64,000 bases of DNA, from contig JAURVQ010000033.1 in NCBI GenBank assembly GCA_030655395.1, positions 493 through 64,492 of the forward strand, given 5' to 3'. The stretch is from Gammaproteobacteria bacterium (GTDB lineage Bacteria; Pseudomonadota; Gammaproteobacteria; SURF-13). Positions 1-10,471 of the stretch are shown here, piece after piece (the stretch's first letter is position 1; the number at the start of each line of letters is the position of its first letter). The translations under genes were made by a program, and so were the position numbers. The notes under the pieces were generated by a model. That model was given only the letters and a program-made list of their open reading frames with translations. It did not search any database and was not told the DNA's origin.

Positions 1-418
1 GGTGCTGTGCCAGCGCGAGCACGTTGTAGCCCTCCTTGCGCGCGGTGTCGTACAGCACGCCGCGCTTCATGCGCGAGCAGTAGGCACAGAACGAATTGTT
101 GTCCATGTTCTGTTTGGCCTGTTCCATGATCGCCTGGCTGCGGTAAAAATACGGCACGCCCAGATCGCTCATCACCTGCTTGAGCGGCGACGGGTCGAAG
201 CCTTCGACTTGCGGGTCCACGGTCACGGCGCCGAGTTCGAAGCGCACCGGCGCGCTACGCTGCAAGTGCAGGAGAATATGCAGCAGCGACAGCGAGTCCT
301 TGCCGCCGGAGACGCCGAGCAGCACGCGGTCGCCCTCGCGGATCATGTCGAAGTCGGCAATCGCCTTGCCTGCGTGGCGCAGTAACGGTTTGGGGGGTTT
401 TTGGTGTGTGTGCATCAT
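1..418 (-). CDS. ttcA: tRNA 2-thiocytidine biosynthesis protein TtcA (N-terminal portion; gene continues past window start)
   Basis: Reverse-strand translation from ATG at 418: MMHTHQKPPKPLLRHAGKAIADFDMIREGDRVLLGVSGGKDSLSLLHILLHLQRSAPVRFELGAVTVDPQ... with PP-loop SGGKDS and a CxxC-type region (CAYCSRMKRG), colinear with E. coli TtcA. Not listed in the ORF track because it is open-ended. Confidence 0.75.
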   Translation of the reverse strand, partial: MMHTHQKPPKPLLRHAGKAIADFDMIREGDRVLLGVSGGKDSLSLLHILLHLQRSAPVRFELGAVTVDPQVEGFDPSPLKQVMSDLGVPYFYRSQAIMEQAKQNMDNNSFCAYCSRMKRGVLYDTARKEGYNVLALAQH

Positions 419-460
419 GCTATTTTACGCACTTCCGGTCGCCGCCGAAACAGGCGCTTT

Positions 461-546
461 AGGGTGCCTCTAAAAATGATGGATTTTGCTTCAAGACAAG
501 CTGCAACGCAGTATTGGAGCAAAAGACGCATTTTTAGAGGTGCCCT
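461..546 (+). promoter_or_regulatory. Long hairpin (18-bp stem, about 50-nt loop) in the ttcA / SPFH-gene divergent intergenic region
   Basis: The arms agggtgcctctaaaaatg (461-478) and catttttagaggtgccct (529-546) pair perfectly as plus-strand RNA if two G-U wobbles are allowed; the same positions would be C-A mismatches on the minus strand. Confidence 0.35.
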
Positions 547-610
547 TGATTTTATAGTCTGTGCGGGGTGAGACTGTAGGCTAGTTTCAGCGCGGTAAAT
601 GGAGGTAACG

Positions 611-1546
611 GTGGATATCGTGTTTACGTTTGCAATGATTCTGGTGGTGGTGGCGGTGCTGCTGGTCTGGCACGGCGTACAGTCTGTGCCGCAGGGCATG
701 GAATACACGGTGGAGCGTTTCGGCGCCTATCAGCGCACGCTGGCGCCCGGCCTCAGTTTTCTCTGGCCCATCGTGGAGCGCGTCGGACGCCGCATGAACA
801 TGATGGAGACCGTGCTGGAGGTGCCGTCGCAGGAAATCATCACCAAGGATAACGCCATGGTGAAGGTGGACGGCATCGTGTTTTATCAGGTGCTCGATGC
901 GCCCAAGGCCGCGTACGAGGTGAACCAGCTCGAATACGCGGTTTTAAACCTCACCATGACCAACGTCCGCACCGTGATGGGCTCGATGGACCTGGACGAA
1001 CTGTTGTCGCAGCGCGACGCCATCAACGCGCGCCTGCTGCACGTGGTGGACGACGCCACTACGCCGTGGGGTATCAAGGTGACGCGTATCGAAATCAAGG
1101 ACATCACGCCGCCACGCGATCTGGTGGAGGCGATGGGGCGGCAGATGCAGGCCGAGCGCGAAAAGCGCGCTAATATTCTGGAGGCGGAAGGCTTCCGCCA
1201 GTCGGCCATTCTCAAGGCCGAGGGTGAAAAACAGGCGGCGATTCTGGAGGCCGAAGGCCGTAAAGAGGCCGCGTTCCGCGACGCCGAGGCGCGCGAGCGA
1301 CTGGCGCAGGCGGAGGCCAAGGCCACCACGATGGTCTCCGAGGCGATCGCCCAGGGCAGTATTCAGGCCATCAACTATTTCGTCGCGCAAAAATACGTCG
1401 ACGCGCTGCGCGCGATAGCGGTGTCCGACAATCAGAAAATTCTGTTCCTGCCGCTCGAAGCCTCAAGCGTCATCGGCGCCATCGGCGGTATTGCGGAGAT
1501 CGCCAAGCAGGCATTCAGCGACAAAACCGTGCAGGGAGCCAAGTAA
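611..1546 (+). CDS. SPFH/band-7 family protein (stomatin/prohibitin-like, QmcA/YbbK-type)
   Basis: ORF 599..1546 has an N-terminal TM segment, an SPFH core and an Ala/Glu-rich coiled-coil tail (AEREKRANILEAEGFRQSAILKAEGEKQAAILEAEG). GGAGG at 601-605 followed by GTG at 611 is the likely true start. Confidence 0.75.
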   Translation: MDIVFTFAMILVVVAVLLVWHGVQSVPQGMEYTVERFGAYQRTLAPGLSFLWPIVERVGRRMNMMETVLEVPSQEIITKDNAMVKVDGIVFYQVLDAPKAAYEVNQLEYAVLNLTMTNVRTVMGSMDLDELLSQRDAINARLLHVVDDATTPWGIKVTRIEIKDITPPRDLVEAMGRQMQAEREKRANILEAEGFRQSAILKAEGEKQAAILEAEGRKEAAFRDAEARERLAQAEAKATTMVSEAIAQGSIQAINYFVAQKYVDALRAIAVSDNQKILFLPLEASSVIGAIGGIAEIAKQAFSDKTVQGAK

Positions 1547-1989
1547 TGTCACCCTTCGATCATATCGTTTACTGGCACTGGTGGGTCATTGCGGGCGTGC
1601 TGCTGATACTGGAGCTCACCACGCCGAGCTTCTTTTTTCTCTGGCTGAGCGCGGCGGCAGGCGTGACCGGTCTGGTGGTGTTTTTTGTGCCGCTCGACCT
1701 GATTTACCAGTTGGTGCTGTTCGCCGTGTTGTCCGCGCTGGCCATCAGCGTCTGGCGTTTTTATTTCAAGGTCAGTCCCGCTGCGAGCGACCAGCCCAAT
1801 CTCAACCGGCGCGGCGCACAATACACCGGACGTGTGTTCACCCTGCAAGAGCCGATCATCAACGGCCAGGGAAAAATCCGCGTGGACGACTCCACCTGGA
1901 AGGTCGAAGGCAGCGACTGCCCGGCGGGTGCGCGCGTCAGGGTTACTGGCGTCGACGGCGTGATTCTGCGTGTGGAGATCGTGACATAA
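1546..1989 (+). CDS. NfeD-family membrane protein (YbbJ-like partner of the SPFH protein)
   Basis: ATGA start/stop overlap with the upstream SPFH gene. It has two N-terminal TM helices and a C-terminal beta-rich soluble domain, the classic qmcA-ybbJ arrangement. Confidence 0.65.
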   Translation: MSPFDHIVYWHWWVIAGVLLILELTTPSFFFLWLSAAAGVTGLVVFFVPLDLIYQLVLFAVLSALAISVWRFYFKVSPAASDQPNLNRRGAQYTGRVFTLQEPIINGQGKIRVDDSTWKVEGSDCPAGARVRVTGVDGVILRVEIVT

Positions 1990-1996
1990 TAGTCAG

Positions 1997-3874
<1,878 letters not shown>

Positions 3875-3875
<1 letters not shown>

Positions 3876-4345
3876 TGGTTCGTGTGAAAATCAGCCCGCA
3901 ACACGGCAAGGGTGTATTTGCCACTGCCGCTATCGAGGCGGGTGCGGAAATCCTCACCTTCACCGGCCCGCTGCTGCAGCGCGGCCAGTTTCAGCACGGC
4001 GATTATCATTTGCAGATTGGCGATGATCTGTATCTCGGCGCATCGGGCAAGGCCGACGATTACGTCAATCACAGTTGCGAGCCGAACGCGGGGTTTGGCA
4101 AGGCATTGGCGCTGGTCGCGCTGCGCGACATTGCGAAGGGTGAGGAAATCACGTGGGATTACAGCACGGCGATAGATGAAGAAGACTTCGACGGCTTCCC
4201 GTGCCAGTGTGGCGCATCGGCGTGCCGTGGCGTGGTGGCCTCGTATCGCCGCCTGGGTGAGAGTGATCGTGAACGCCTCGCGCCTTGGCTGCTGCCGTAT
4301 CTCCGGCTGCGTTACAGCCGCGCCGCGCTGAAGCTGGCGATATAA
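3875..4345 (+). CDS. SET-domain protein (putative protein-lysine methyltransferase)
   Basis: It has GKGVFATAAIEAGAEIL, the YVNHSCEPNA motif, EEITWDY, and a C-terminal post-SET Cys cluster (CQCGASACRG). The ATG overlaps the hemF stop (TGATG). Confidence 0.6.
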
Positions 4346-5065
4346 GTGGCGCCGGAAAACGGCCAATTTCCGTGTCCTGTGTGCGGGCAGCAGAAACCGC
4401 TGGCCGAGGCCGTGAATCGAGAAATGGTCTATGCGCCGGTGGCGGATCTCATTCTGCGCAAGCACCCCGAATGGGCTGCGCACGGTTTGATCTGCGCCGG
4501 CTGTCTCAATCATTTCCGCACCGAATATGTGGAAGACGTACTCGAGCTCCAGAAGGGCGAGCTTTCCACGCTCGAACACGAAGTGCTGCAAAGCCTGCGC
4601 GAGCACGAGGTGCTCGCCAAAAACATCAATCTGGAATTTGAGCAGCAACTCACCCTGGGCGAGCGCCTTGCGGACAAGGTCGCCGAGTTTGGCGGGAGCT
4701 GGGTCTTCATCGTCACGTTTCTCACGGTGATGGGAATCTGGATCGCTTTCAACGTCGGGTTTTTATTATCCGGCCCCTTCGATCCCTATCCCTTTATCCT
4801 GCTCAATCTCGTGCTGTCGTGCATCGCCGCGCTGCAGGCGCCCATCATCATGATGAGCCAGAACCGTCAGGAGTCCAAAGATCGCCTGCACGCGGAACAT
4901 GACTATCAGGTGAACCTGAAGGCGGAGCTGGAGATACGCCATCTCAGCGGAAAGATTGATCTCCTGATGACGCACCAATGGCAGCGTCTGCTGGAAATCC
5001 AGCGCATCCAGCTCGACACCATGCAGGACTTTGCGCGCAAGGCATCGGTGAACAAGAACGAATAG
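4346..5065 (+). CDS. DUF1003-family membrane protein with N-terminal Cys4 zinc-ribbon-like motif
   Basis: CPVCG...CAGC at the N-terminus; central two TM helices containing [13 protein letters not shown]...[30 protein letters not shown], typical of DUF1003. Confidence 0.5.
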   Translation: MAPENGQFPCPVCGQQKPLAEAVNREMVYAPVADLILRKHPEWAAHGLICAGCLNHFRTEYVEDVLELQKGELSTLEHEVLQSLREHEVLAKNINLEFEQQLTLGERLADKVAEFGGSWVFIVTFLTVMGIWIAFNVGFLLSGPFDPYPFILLNLVLSCIAALQAPIIMMSQNRQESKDRLHAEHDYQVNLKAELEIRHLSGKIDLLMTHQWQRLLEIQRIQLDTMQDFARKASVNKNE

Positions 5066-5070
5066 CGCGT

Positions 5071-5613
5071 ATGTCCGGGCACACTGAAATTGCCACGCTG
5101 GGCGGCGGATGTTTCTGGTGCCTGGAGCCCATTTTCGCCGGCCTGAAGGGCGTGCAGAAGGTGGAGTCCGGCTACTCCGGCGGCGCAGTGAAGAATCCGG
5201 CCTACCGCGAAGTGTGCGAGGGCACCACCGGCCACGCGGAAGTGGTGCAGGTCACGTTTGATGCAACCATCATCTCGTATAAAGAGATTCTGGAAATATT
5301 TTTCACCTTCCACGACCCGACCACACTCAACCGGCAGGGTGCCGATAGCGGCACGCAATACCGTTCCGTGATTTTTTATCACACGCCGGAGCAGCAGGCC
5401 GTAGCCGAGGAAGTGGTGCAGGAGATTAACGCGGCAGGGATTTGGGACGCGCCCGTGGTCACGGAGCTTGCACCCTTCAGCGCCTTTTACCGCGCCGAGG
5501 ACTACCACCAGGACTATTACTCCAGAAACGGCAGCCAACCCTACTGCCAGATGGTGATCGCCCCCAAGGTTAAAAAATTCCGCGCGAGCTACAGCGCAAA
5601 ACTCAAAGCCTAG
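5071..5613 (+). CDS. msrA: peptide methionine sulfoxide reductase MsrA
   Basis: Active-site GGGCFWC, then YSGG...[18 protein letters not shown] and YHQ.Y motifs. Confidence 0.85.
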   Translation: MSGHTEIATLGGGCFWCLEPIFAGLKGVQKVESGYSGGAVKNPAYREVCEGTTGHAEVVQVTFDATIISYKEILEIFFTFHDPTTLNRQGADSGTQYRSVIFYHTPEQQAVAEEVVQEINAAGIWDAPVVTELAPFSAFYRAEDYHQDYYSRNGSQPYCQMVIAPKVKKFRASYSAKLKA

Positions 5614-5981
5614 TCCGGGAGCAACTTCTTCACATTCTCCGCCGGGCGGCACAACACCGCCTCATCGCCGCGCACCACAATCGGCCGCTGAATCAGGTCC
5701 GGGTTTTCCACCATTATTTTTATTAGCTCATCATCCGAAAGTGGCCGCTCCGCAAGCCCGAGGCTGTGCGCCAAAGGCTCACCGCTGCGCAGTATGTCGC
5801 GCGCAGTGAGCCCCAGCTTCACAAGCAGCCCACGCAGTTGTTCCTCCGTCAAAGGCACTTCGTAGTAATTGACGGCCTCAAACTCTTCTCCACTCTCCTT
5901 GAGCAGATCGAGTGTCGACTTGCAGGTGCCGCAGGTGGGTTTTTGGTAAACGGTTATCTTGTTGCTCATTTGCTTGCTCAT
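5610..5981 (-). CDS. ArsC/Spx-family thioredoxin-fold protein
   Basis: [31 protein letters not shown] and DLIQRPIVV match the ArsC/Spx/YffB family signature. It converges on msrA with a 4-nt overlap. Confidence 0.6.
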   Translation of the reverse strand: MSKQMSNKITVYQKPTCGTCKSTLDLLKESGEEFEAVNYYEVPLTEEQLRGLLVKLGLTARDILRSGEPLAHSLGLAERPLSDDELIKIMVENPDLIQRPIVVRGDEAVLCRPAENVKKLLPD

Positions 5982-6033
5982 CTCGCGGAATCAATCGAGT
6001 CTGACCCTATCGATTCCCTACGGTTATTGCGCC

Positions 6034-6522
6034 CTACGGGGCTGTAAATAATAATCCCCACAGGCCCATGCCAGCGCCGACCACAACGCAAGCAAATGCG
6101 AGGTAGGCCACTGACGTGATTACCCATGCGCGTCTTTTAACTCGCCTATTATCTGCCTCCATTAAAGTGCGCCATCCAATTTCTCCATCACTGTATCTTT
6201 GGACGTCAGACTTCCATTCCCGTAGGAGGCCTCCGATGTGATGAGCAGAACGCGCATTAAGAATGCCCACCAAGACAATGCCGACAACAAAAGACACTAG
6301 GGCAAACTTCGGAAGCAGGAGCTTTCGGACGGCCTCTGAGGTGCCAAGAAAGCTCAGCGTTGTAACGGCTCCGCCAGCATTGGTGAATGTTAAGTAACGA
6401 AGCGCCCGCAACTCTGACTCACTAACGAGGCGCAGCAGTTGGTCCCATCGAGTGCCTATGTATGAAAGTCTGTCTGAACGTGTTGGCTCGGATGTTTGAG
6501 AGAGTTTCTGATCATCGTCCAC
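6034..6522 (-). CDS. hypothetical membrane protein (about 3 TM), lower-GC islet gene
   Basis: 162-aa ORF with hydrophobic segments (LVSFVVGIVLVGIL; AWVITSVAYLAFACVVVGAGMGLWGLL); about 50% GC against a 65% background; no recognisable family. Confidence 0.4.
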   Translation of the reverse strand: MDDDQKLSQTSEPTRSDRLSYIGTRWDQLLRLVSESELRALRYLTFTNAGGAVTTLSFLGTSEAVRKLLLPKFALVSFVVGIVLVGILNARSAHHIGGLLREWKSDVQRYSDGEIGWRTLMEADNRRVKRRAWVITSVAYLAFACVVVGAGMGLWGLLFTAP

Positions 6523-6654
6523 GCTAATGCCCCTTTATTGAGACCTGCCGGTGCCATCCAGTATAGGCCACGTAGTTGGCCTCAAACTCCTGCGATGCCC
6601 TGCTGCGAGAGTTGGCGCGTGCGCGTGCGATGGTGCTCACCGCCCCGTTATGCG

Positions 6655-6915
6655 TCACTTTGACTTCTTGGGGAATCTTTCCGGGTGCTCAATGATCTCA
6701 GTCGTGAGATCTATATCCAGGCCCGGCCAATAGAAATGATTGGGCGTTGGCTCTTCCACCTTGAGCACTTTGCCGACGGGAGCATCCTTGAACCATGGGA
6801 AGTCGTCGTAGGACATAAACAGCTCCCGCTCACCGGCAAGTAGCCAGATGCCGTGGCCGGAGATGTTTGTTACCTCAACTGAAGTGCTTTTTCCAAGCGC
6901 GTTTGATCTCATCAT
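6655..6915 (-). CDS. DUF2442-family protein
   Basis: VEVTNISGHGIWLLAGERELFMSYDDFPWFKDAPVGKVLKVEEPTPNHFYWPGLDIDLTTE fits the DUF2442 consensus (..L.v.F.DG......P......YF..V.....G.i.WPn..DidPd.L). Confidence 0.6.
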   Translation of the reverse strand: MMRSNALGKSTSVEVTNISGHGIWLLAGERELFMSYDDFPWFKDAPVGKVLKVEEPTPNHFYWPGLDIDLTTEIIEHPERFPKKSK

Positions 6916-7111
6916 GGTGGGCCTCGATTAACTGTTCGATTTCCTTCATCTGTGGGCGGGAGAGATGGTGGTTTCTGGCAAGCTCAATGCCAGGATCCAG
7001 CCAATATTTTGCCTCTCCATCGGCACACACTACATGTACGTGCATGCGTGGTTCTTCGCGCGAGAAGAAAAAGAAGCGGTATCCTCTCTCGCGAAAAATT
7101 GTGGGGCTCAT
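6875..7111 (-). CDS. DUF4160-family protein
   Basis: MSPTIFRERGYRFFFFSREEPRMHVHVVCADGEAKYWLDP matches the DUF4160 N-terminal consensus (MPTIfr.GirFyfys.eh.pPHvHV..ge.eakf). Its 3' end overlaps the start of the downstream DUF2442 gene. Confidence 0.65.
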   Translation of the reverse strand: MSPTIFRERGYRFFFFSREEPRMHVHVVCADGEAKYWLDPGIELARNHHLSRPQMKEIEQLIEAHHDEIKRAWKKHFS

Positions 7112-7206
7112 TTGTGCCGCCTCAGCTCTGCCGTGTAATACAGTGCAGACATTATATTGAATCTTACGCTCAATGTTTGAGAATCTACGCCCTTACACTT
7201 TTGCGG

Positions 7207-7899
7207 TCAAATAGTTGCGGGTTGCTCTGCGCCCACAATACTCCCATCCACCAGTCGTATCTGGCGCTGGGTGAGGGCGGAGAGTTGTTGGTCGTGGGTG
7301 ACGGTGATTACGGTCTGGCGGTTCTGTTCGGCGAGGCGTTTGAAGATGTCGAATACGATGTGGCCGTTTTTGGTGTCGAGGTTGCCGGTGGGTTCGTCGG
7401 CGAGAATGATCAGCGGGTCGTTGGCAAGTGCGCGGGCGATGGCGGCGCGTTGGCGTTGGCCGCCGGAGAGTTTTTCGGGGGTTTTCTTGAGTTCGGAGGT
7501 GAGCCCCAGTTCGTCGAGTATTTCTGCGGCGCGGTTACGCATCTGGATTTCGCTGCGTGTACCGAGTTTACGCATCGGAAGCATGACGTTTTCGAGTACG
7601 GAAAACTCCGGCAGCAGAAAATGAAACTGAAACACGAAGCCGAGTTTTTTCAGGCGTAGTTCGGCAAGTTCGTTGCGGCTGAGTTTTGAGGTATCGCGGC
7701 CTTCGAGGTAGACGGAGCCGCCGGTCGGCGCGTCGAGCAGGCCGAGCAAATAGAGTAGTGATGATTTGCCGGAGCCGGAGGGGCCGGTGATGGCGATGAA
7801 TTCGCCGGGCTGTACGCTGAGATGGATGTCGCTCACCAGCGTCACCGGCACCGGGCCGGGCAACACGCGCGTGACGCCGCGCGCCTCCAGCAGCGGCGT
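7207..7899 (-). CDS. ABC transporter ATP-binding protein (LolD/MacB-type ATPase)
   Basis: Walker [25 protein letters not shown], Walker [12 protein letters not shown] and an H-loop. The real start is the internal M (MTPLLEARGV) of ORF 7207..8358. Confidence 0.75.
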   Translation of the reverse strand, partial: TPLLEARGVTRVLPGPVPVTLVSDIHLSVQPGEFIAITGPSGSGKSSLLYLLGLLDAPTGGSVYLEGRDTSKLSRNELAELRLKKLGFVFQFHFLLPEFSVLENVMLPMRKLGTRSEIQMRNRAAEILDELGLTSELKKTPEKLSGGQRQRAAIARALANDPLIILADEPTGNLDTKNGHIVFDIFKRLAEQNRQTVITVTHDQQLSALTQRQIRLVDGSIVGAEQPATI

Positions 7900-9143
7900 C
7901 ATGCCGCGCCCCGGATGATGTCTACCGGATTGAGGTGCGCGGCCTTGCGCGCGGGCAGCCACGCGGCGAAGGTGGCGGAGAGCAGGGCGAAGCTGCCGGC
8001 GATGAGGTAGTGGATGATGGTGTAATGCAGAATAAACCCTTCTGCGGTGATGAAGCCCTCGTTGTGGATGCGGATGGCGCCAAGCAGGCGTGTGAGGCCA
8101 TAGCCGAGCGCCCAGCCGAGCAGTGTGCCGACCAGGCCGACCAGCAGGCCTTCGATGAGAAAGATGCGGCGGATGTCGCGCTCCTCGAAGCCGATGGATT
8201 TCAGAATGCCGATGTCGCGCGTTTTTTCGTGGACGACGGTGGAGATGATGTTGAAGATGCCGAACGCCGCGACGATGAGTATCGCGCCGACGGTGGAATA
8301 CATGATGCCGTTCTGGATGACGAAAATGCTGAGGATGTTTTCGTAGGTTTCTTCCCACGACTCGGTGCGGTAGCCGAGGCGCGCCTCGATGGAGGTGGCG
8401 ATGCTGCGTGTCTGGCTGACATCGTTGAGGCGGATGCGGATCTGGTTGATGACGTTGGGGCGGTCTTGCAGTATCTGCGCCTTTTTGAGTAGTGCGTAGG
8501 ATTCGAAATTGTCTATCGGCGTGATACCGGTGCGGAAGATGCCGACCACTTTCATTTTGAGCACCACACCGGCGGGTGAAGTCACCGACAGGGTATCGTT
8601 CAATGTCGCGCCCACTTTTTTGGCGACGCCGTCGCCGAGGATGATGCCGTTGGCAGCGGTGTGCAGGGCGTTGAGATTTCCGGCGATGAGATCATTTTCC
8701 AGATGGCTCACGCGCCGCTCTTGTTCCGGCTCGATACCGACCAGGGTGGCGGAGACGTCTTTCGAGCCATAGCGCAGAAAGACTTGTGCGCGCAGTGTGG
8801 GTGCGGCGGTGAGGTCAGTGCGCCGGTTGAGGTCGGAGATTACTGTGTCGGCGTTCTTGATGCCGCGCAGCTCGTCGCGTGGTTTTAGCCCGCGCAACAT
8901 CACTACGCCGTCGCTGAACAAACGCTGCGCCGGTTGCAACGGCGCGCTGCGGTATTCATCCTTGATAACCACGTGCGGCCAGACGTCGATGACCTTGGAG
9001 ACGAAGTAGACGTGAAAGCCCTGCATCAACGCCGCCATGGCGATGAAAAAGCCGACGCCCATTGCGACACCGAGCACCGAGACCAGTGACTGGCGCTTGC
9101 GGGTGCGCAGATGTGTGAGTGCGATGTTAAGCGGCAGCCACAT
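7899..9143 (-). CDS. ABC transporter permease, FtsX/LolC-E (MacB-type) family
   Basis: 414 aa with an N-terminal TM, a large periplasmic domain and three C-terminal TMs (FtsX-like architecture). ATGA overlap with the ATPase gene. Confidence 0.7.
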   Translation of the reverse strand: MWLPLNIALTHLRTRKRQSLVSVLGVAMGVGFFIAMAALMQGFHVYFVSKVIDVWPHVVIKDEYRSAPLQPAQRLFSDGVVMLRGLKPRDELRGIKNADTVISDLNRRTDLTAAPTLRAQVFLRYGSKDVSATLVGIEPEQERRVSHLENDLIAGNLNALHTAANGIILGDGVAKKVGATLNDTLSVTSPAGVVLKMKVVGIFRTGITPIDNFESYALLKKAQILQDRPNVINQIRIRLNDVSQTRSIATSIEARLGYRTESWEETYENILSIFVIQNGIMYSTVGAILIVAAFGIFNIISTVVHEKTRDIGILKSIGFEERDIRRIFLIEGLLVGLVGTLLGWALGYGLTRLLGAIRIHNEGFITAEGFILHYTIIHYLIAGSFALLSATFAAWLPARKAAHLNPVDIIRGAA

Positions 9144-9165
9144 TTATAGAGGCACCCATATTATG

Positions 9166-10176
9166 TCAGGGTGCAGGTTGTACCTTGGCGCGCACACTTT
9201 GGCCGGGCTTCAGGTCGGCAGGCGGAGCGACGATGATGTCATCGTTATCGGCTAGCCCTGCGGTGATCTCGATGCGTTGTTCGGTGGCGGCGCCGGTTTT
9301 GACCGCGACGCGTTCTGCCTTGCCCGCGCGCACTACCCACACTGTGTTATTGGTGACTGCGCTGGCAGGTATCAACAGTGCGTTGTTGGTTTCGCGCGCG
9401 ATGATGTTGATCTCCGTCGTCATGCCGGTTTTGAGCGGTGTGTCGTCAGGCAAGGCGACGCGTACGCGGTAGCTCTTGTTCACCGGGTCGCCCTTGGGCG
9501 TGATTTCGGCGACGCGGCCTTCCAGCACCTGGCCGGGAAAGGCGTCGGCCTTGATCAGCGTGCGGCTGCCCGGTCGAATGCGCAGAATGTCTTCCTCGTC
9601 CACTTCGGCCGTGATCCGCAGCGGTTTAAGTTCGCCCACCCAAAACAACACCTGCATACTGTTGGCGGTTTCGCCCACCTCGCCGTCCTGGCGCAGCACT
9701 ACGCCGCTCATGGGTGAGCGCAGGCGCAGGTCGTCGAGCACGTGCCTTGCCGCATCCAGAGTGGCGCGAGACTGGCGGTGTTCACTCACGGCGCGGTCGT
9801 AGGCCTGCTTGCCGACGTAGCCTTTGGGCAGCAGCGGGGTGAGGCGTTGCACTTCGTCGCGCAGCGTACGCTCCTGCGTCGCCAGTTGATCCACGCGCGC
9901 ACCGGCTTCGTCATCACTGAGGCGTGCGAGCAATTGATGGCGCTGTACCCGGTCGCCCTCGCGCGCCAGTATCTCAACGATGCGCGCGGTGGATTTCGGA
10001 CTCACCTTGGCCCAGCGCACAGGCTCCACCTCGCCGGTGGCGTACACGGCTTCGACCGCCGGGCCGCGCACCGGATGCGCGACAGTGACGGTGGGTTGTG
10101 AAAGGAAAAAGGCAAAGCCGCCGCCAGCGGCCAATATCACGAAAATAAGAGCGAAAATGATGTGGCGTGTGCGCAT
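9166..10176 (-). CDS. HlyD-family membrane-fusion (periplasmic adaptor) protein
   Basis: N-terminal TM, a coiled-coil segment and beta-barrel/lipoyl-like repeats (RSPMSGVVL...). It sits directly upstream of the permease and ATPase genes in the same operon direction. Confidence 0.7.
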   Translation of the reverse strand: MRTRHIIFALIFVILAAGGGFAFFLSQPTVTVAHPVRGPAVEAVYATGEVEPVRWAKVSPKSTARIVEILAREGDRVQRHQLLARLSDDEAGARVDQLATQERTLRDEVQRLTPLLPKGYVGKQAYDRAVSEHRQSRATLDAARHVLDDLRLRSPMSGVVLRQDGEVGETANSMQVLFWVGELKPLRITAEVDEEDILRIRPGSRTLIKADAFPGQVLEGRVAEITPKGDPVNKSYRVRVALPDDTPLKTGMTTEINIIARETNNALLIPASAVTNNTVWVVRAGKAERVAVKTGAATEQRIEITAGLADNDDIIVAPPADLKPGQSVRAKVQPAP

Positions 10177-10321
10177 TTATCCCCACTGTAAATGAACTGC
10201 GGCAGGAAGACGATAGGCTGTTCCCGTGGGCTCCCCCCGGCGGCCCTGTTCTGTTAAGCTTGTGTGAATGAATCAAGGAAAATGGCTGCTGCCACGGGTA
10301 TTCAGCGCTAACTTCTAAGGT

Positions 10322-10470
10322 GTAACCAGGAATCACAAAGTAAGACTACACGTCACACGTTGTGATTCCTGATTACACACGCTGTTTTCCCTACCCCCAC
10401 CCTGTCCCGCCCCCTACATAAGGGGCGGGGACGTGACGGGAAGTGTAGTCGTATTTGCGGACTTATGAGT
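10322..10470 (+). repeat. Composite structured repeat, copy 1 (hairpin caggaatcacaaag...ttgtgattcctg + ctacccccaccctgtcccgccccct N6 aggggcgggga + gtgtagtc...gacttatgagtc), ending at the gspC start codon
   Basis: Shares a 12-bp perfect GC stem (gtcccgccccct/aggggcggggac), the flanking hairpin and the terminal gacttatgagt motif with the copies at 11425-11572 (inverted) and 37312-37465. Confidence 0.5.
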
Positions 10471-10471
10471 C

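Noticed and set aside
1-425. Apparent frameshift or missing start codon at the N-terminus of ttcA.
   Set aside because: A first pass read a stop-bounded frame without a start. Recounting the homopolymer (G6 at 392-397 on the plus strand) shows the ATGATG at 418 is in frame with the SGGKDS body, giving MMHTHQKPPKPLLRHAGKAIADF...; the gene is intact.
415-708. Minus-strand 97-aa ORF spanning the ttcA/SPFH intergenic region and overlapping the SPFH gene start.
   Set aside because: It runs through the divergent promoter and the 5' end of a well-supported gene; the composition is non-coding-like and no family resemblance beyond a basic-rich tail was found.
7207-9143. Calling these genes lolD and lolC/E (lipoprotein release).
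   Set aside because: They are preceded by an HlyD-family adaptor gene in the same operon, which fits a MacAB/DevCA-type exporter; left as generic ABC exporter pending phylogeny.
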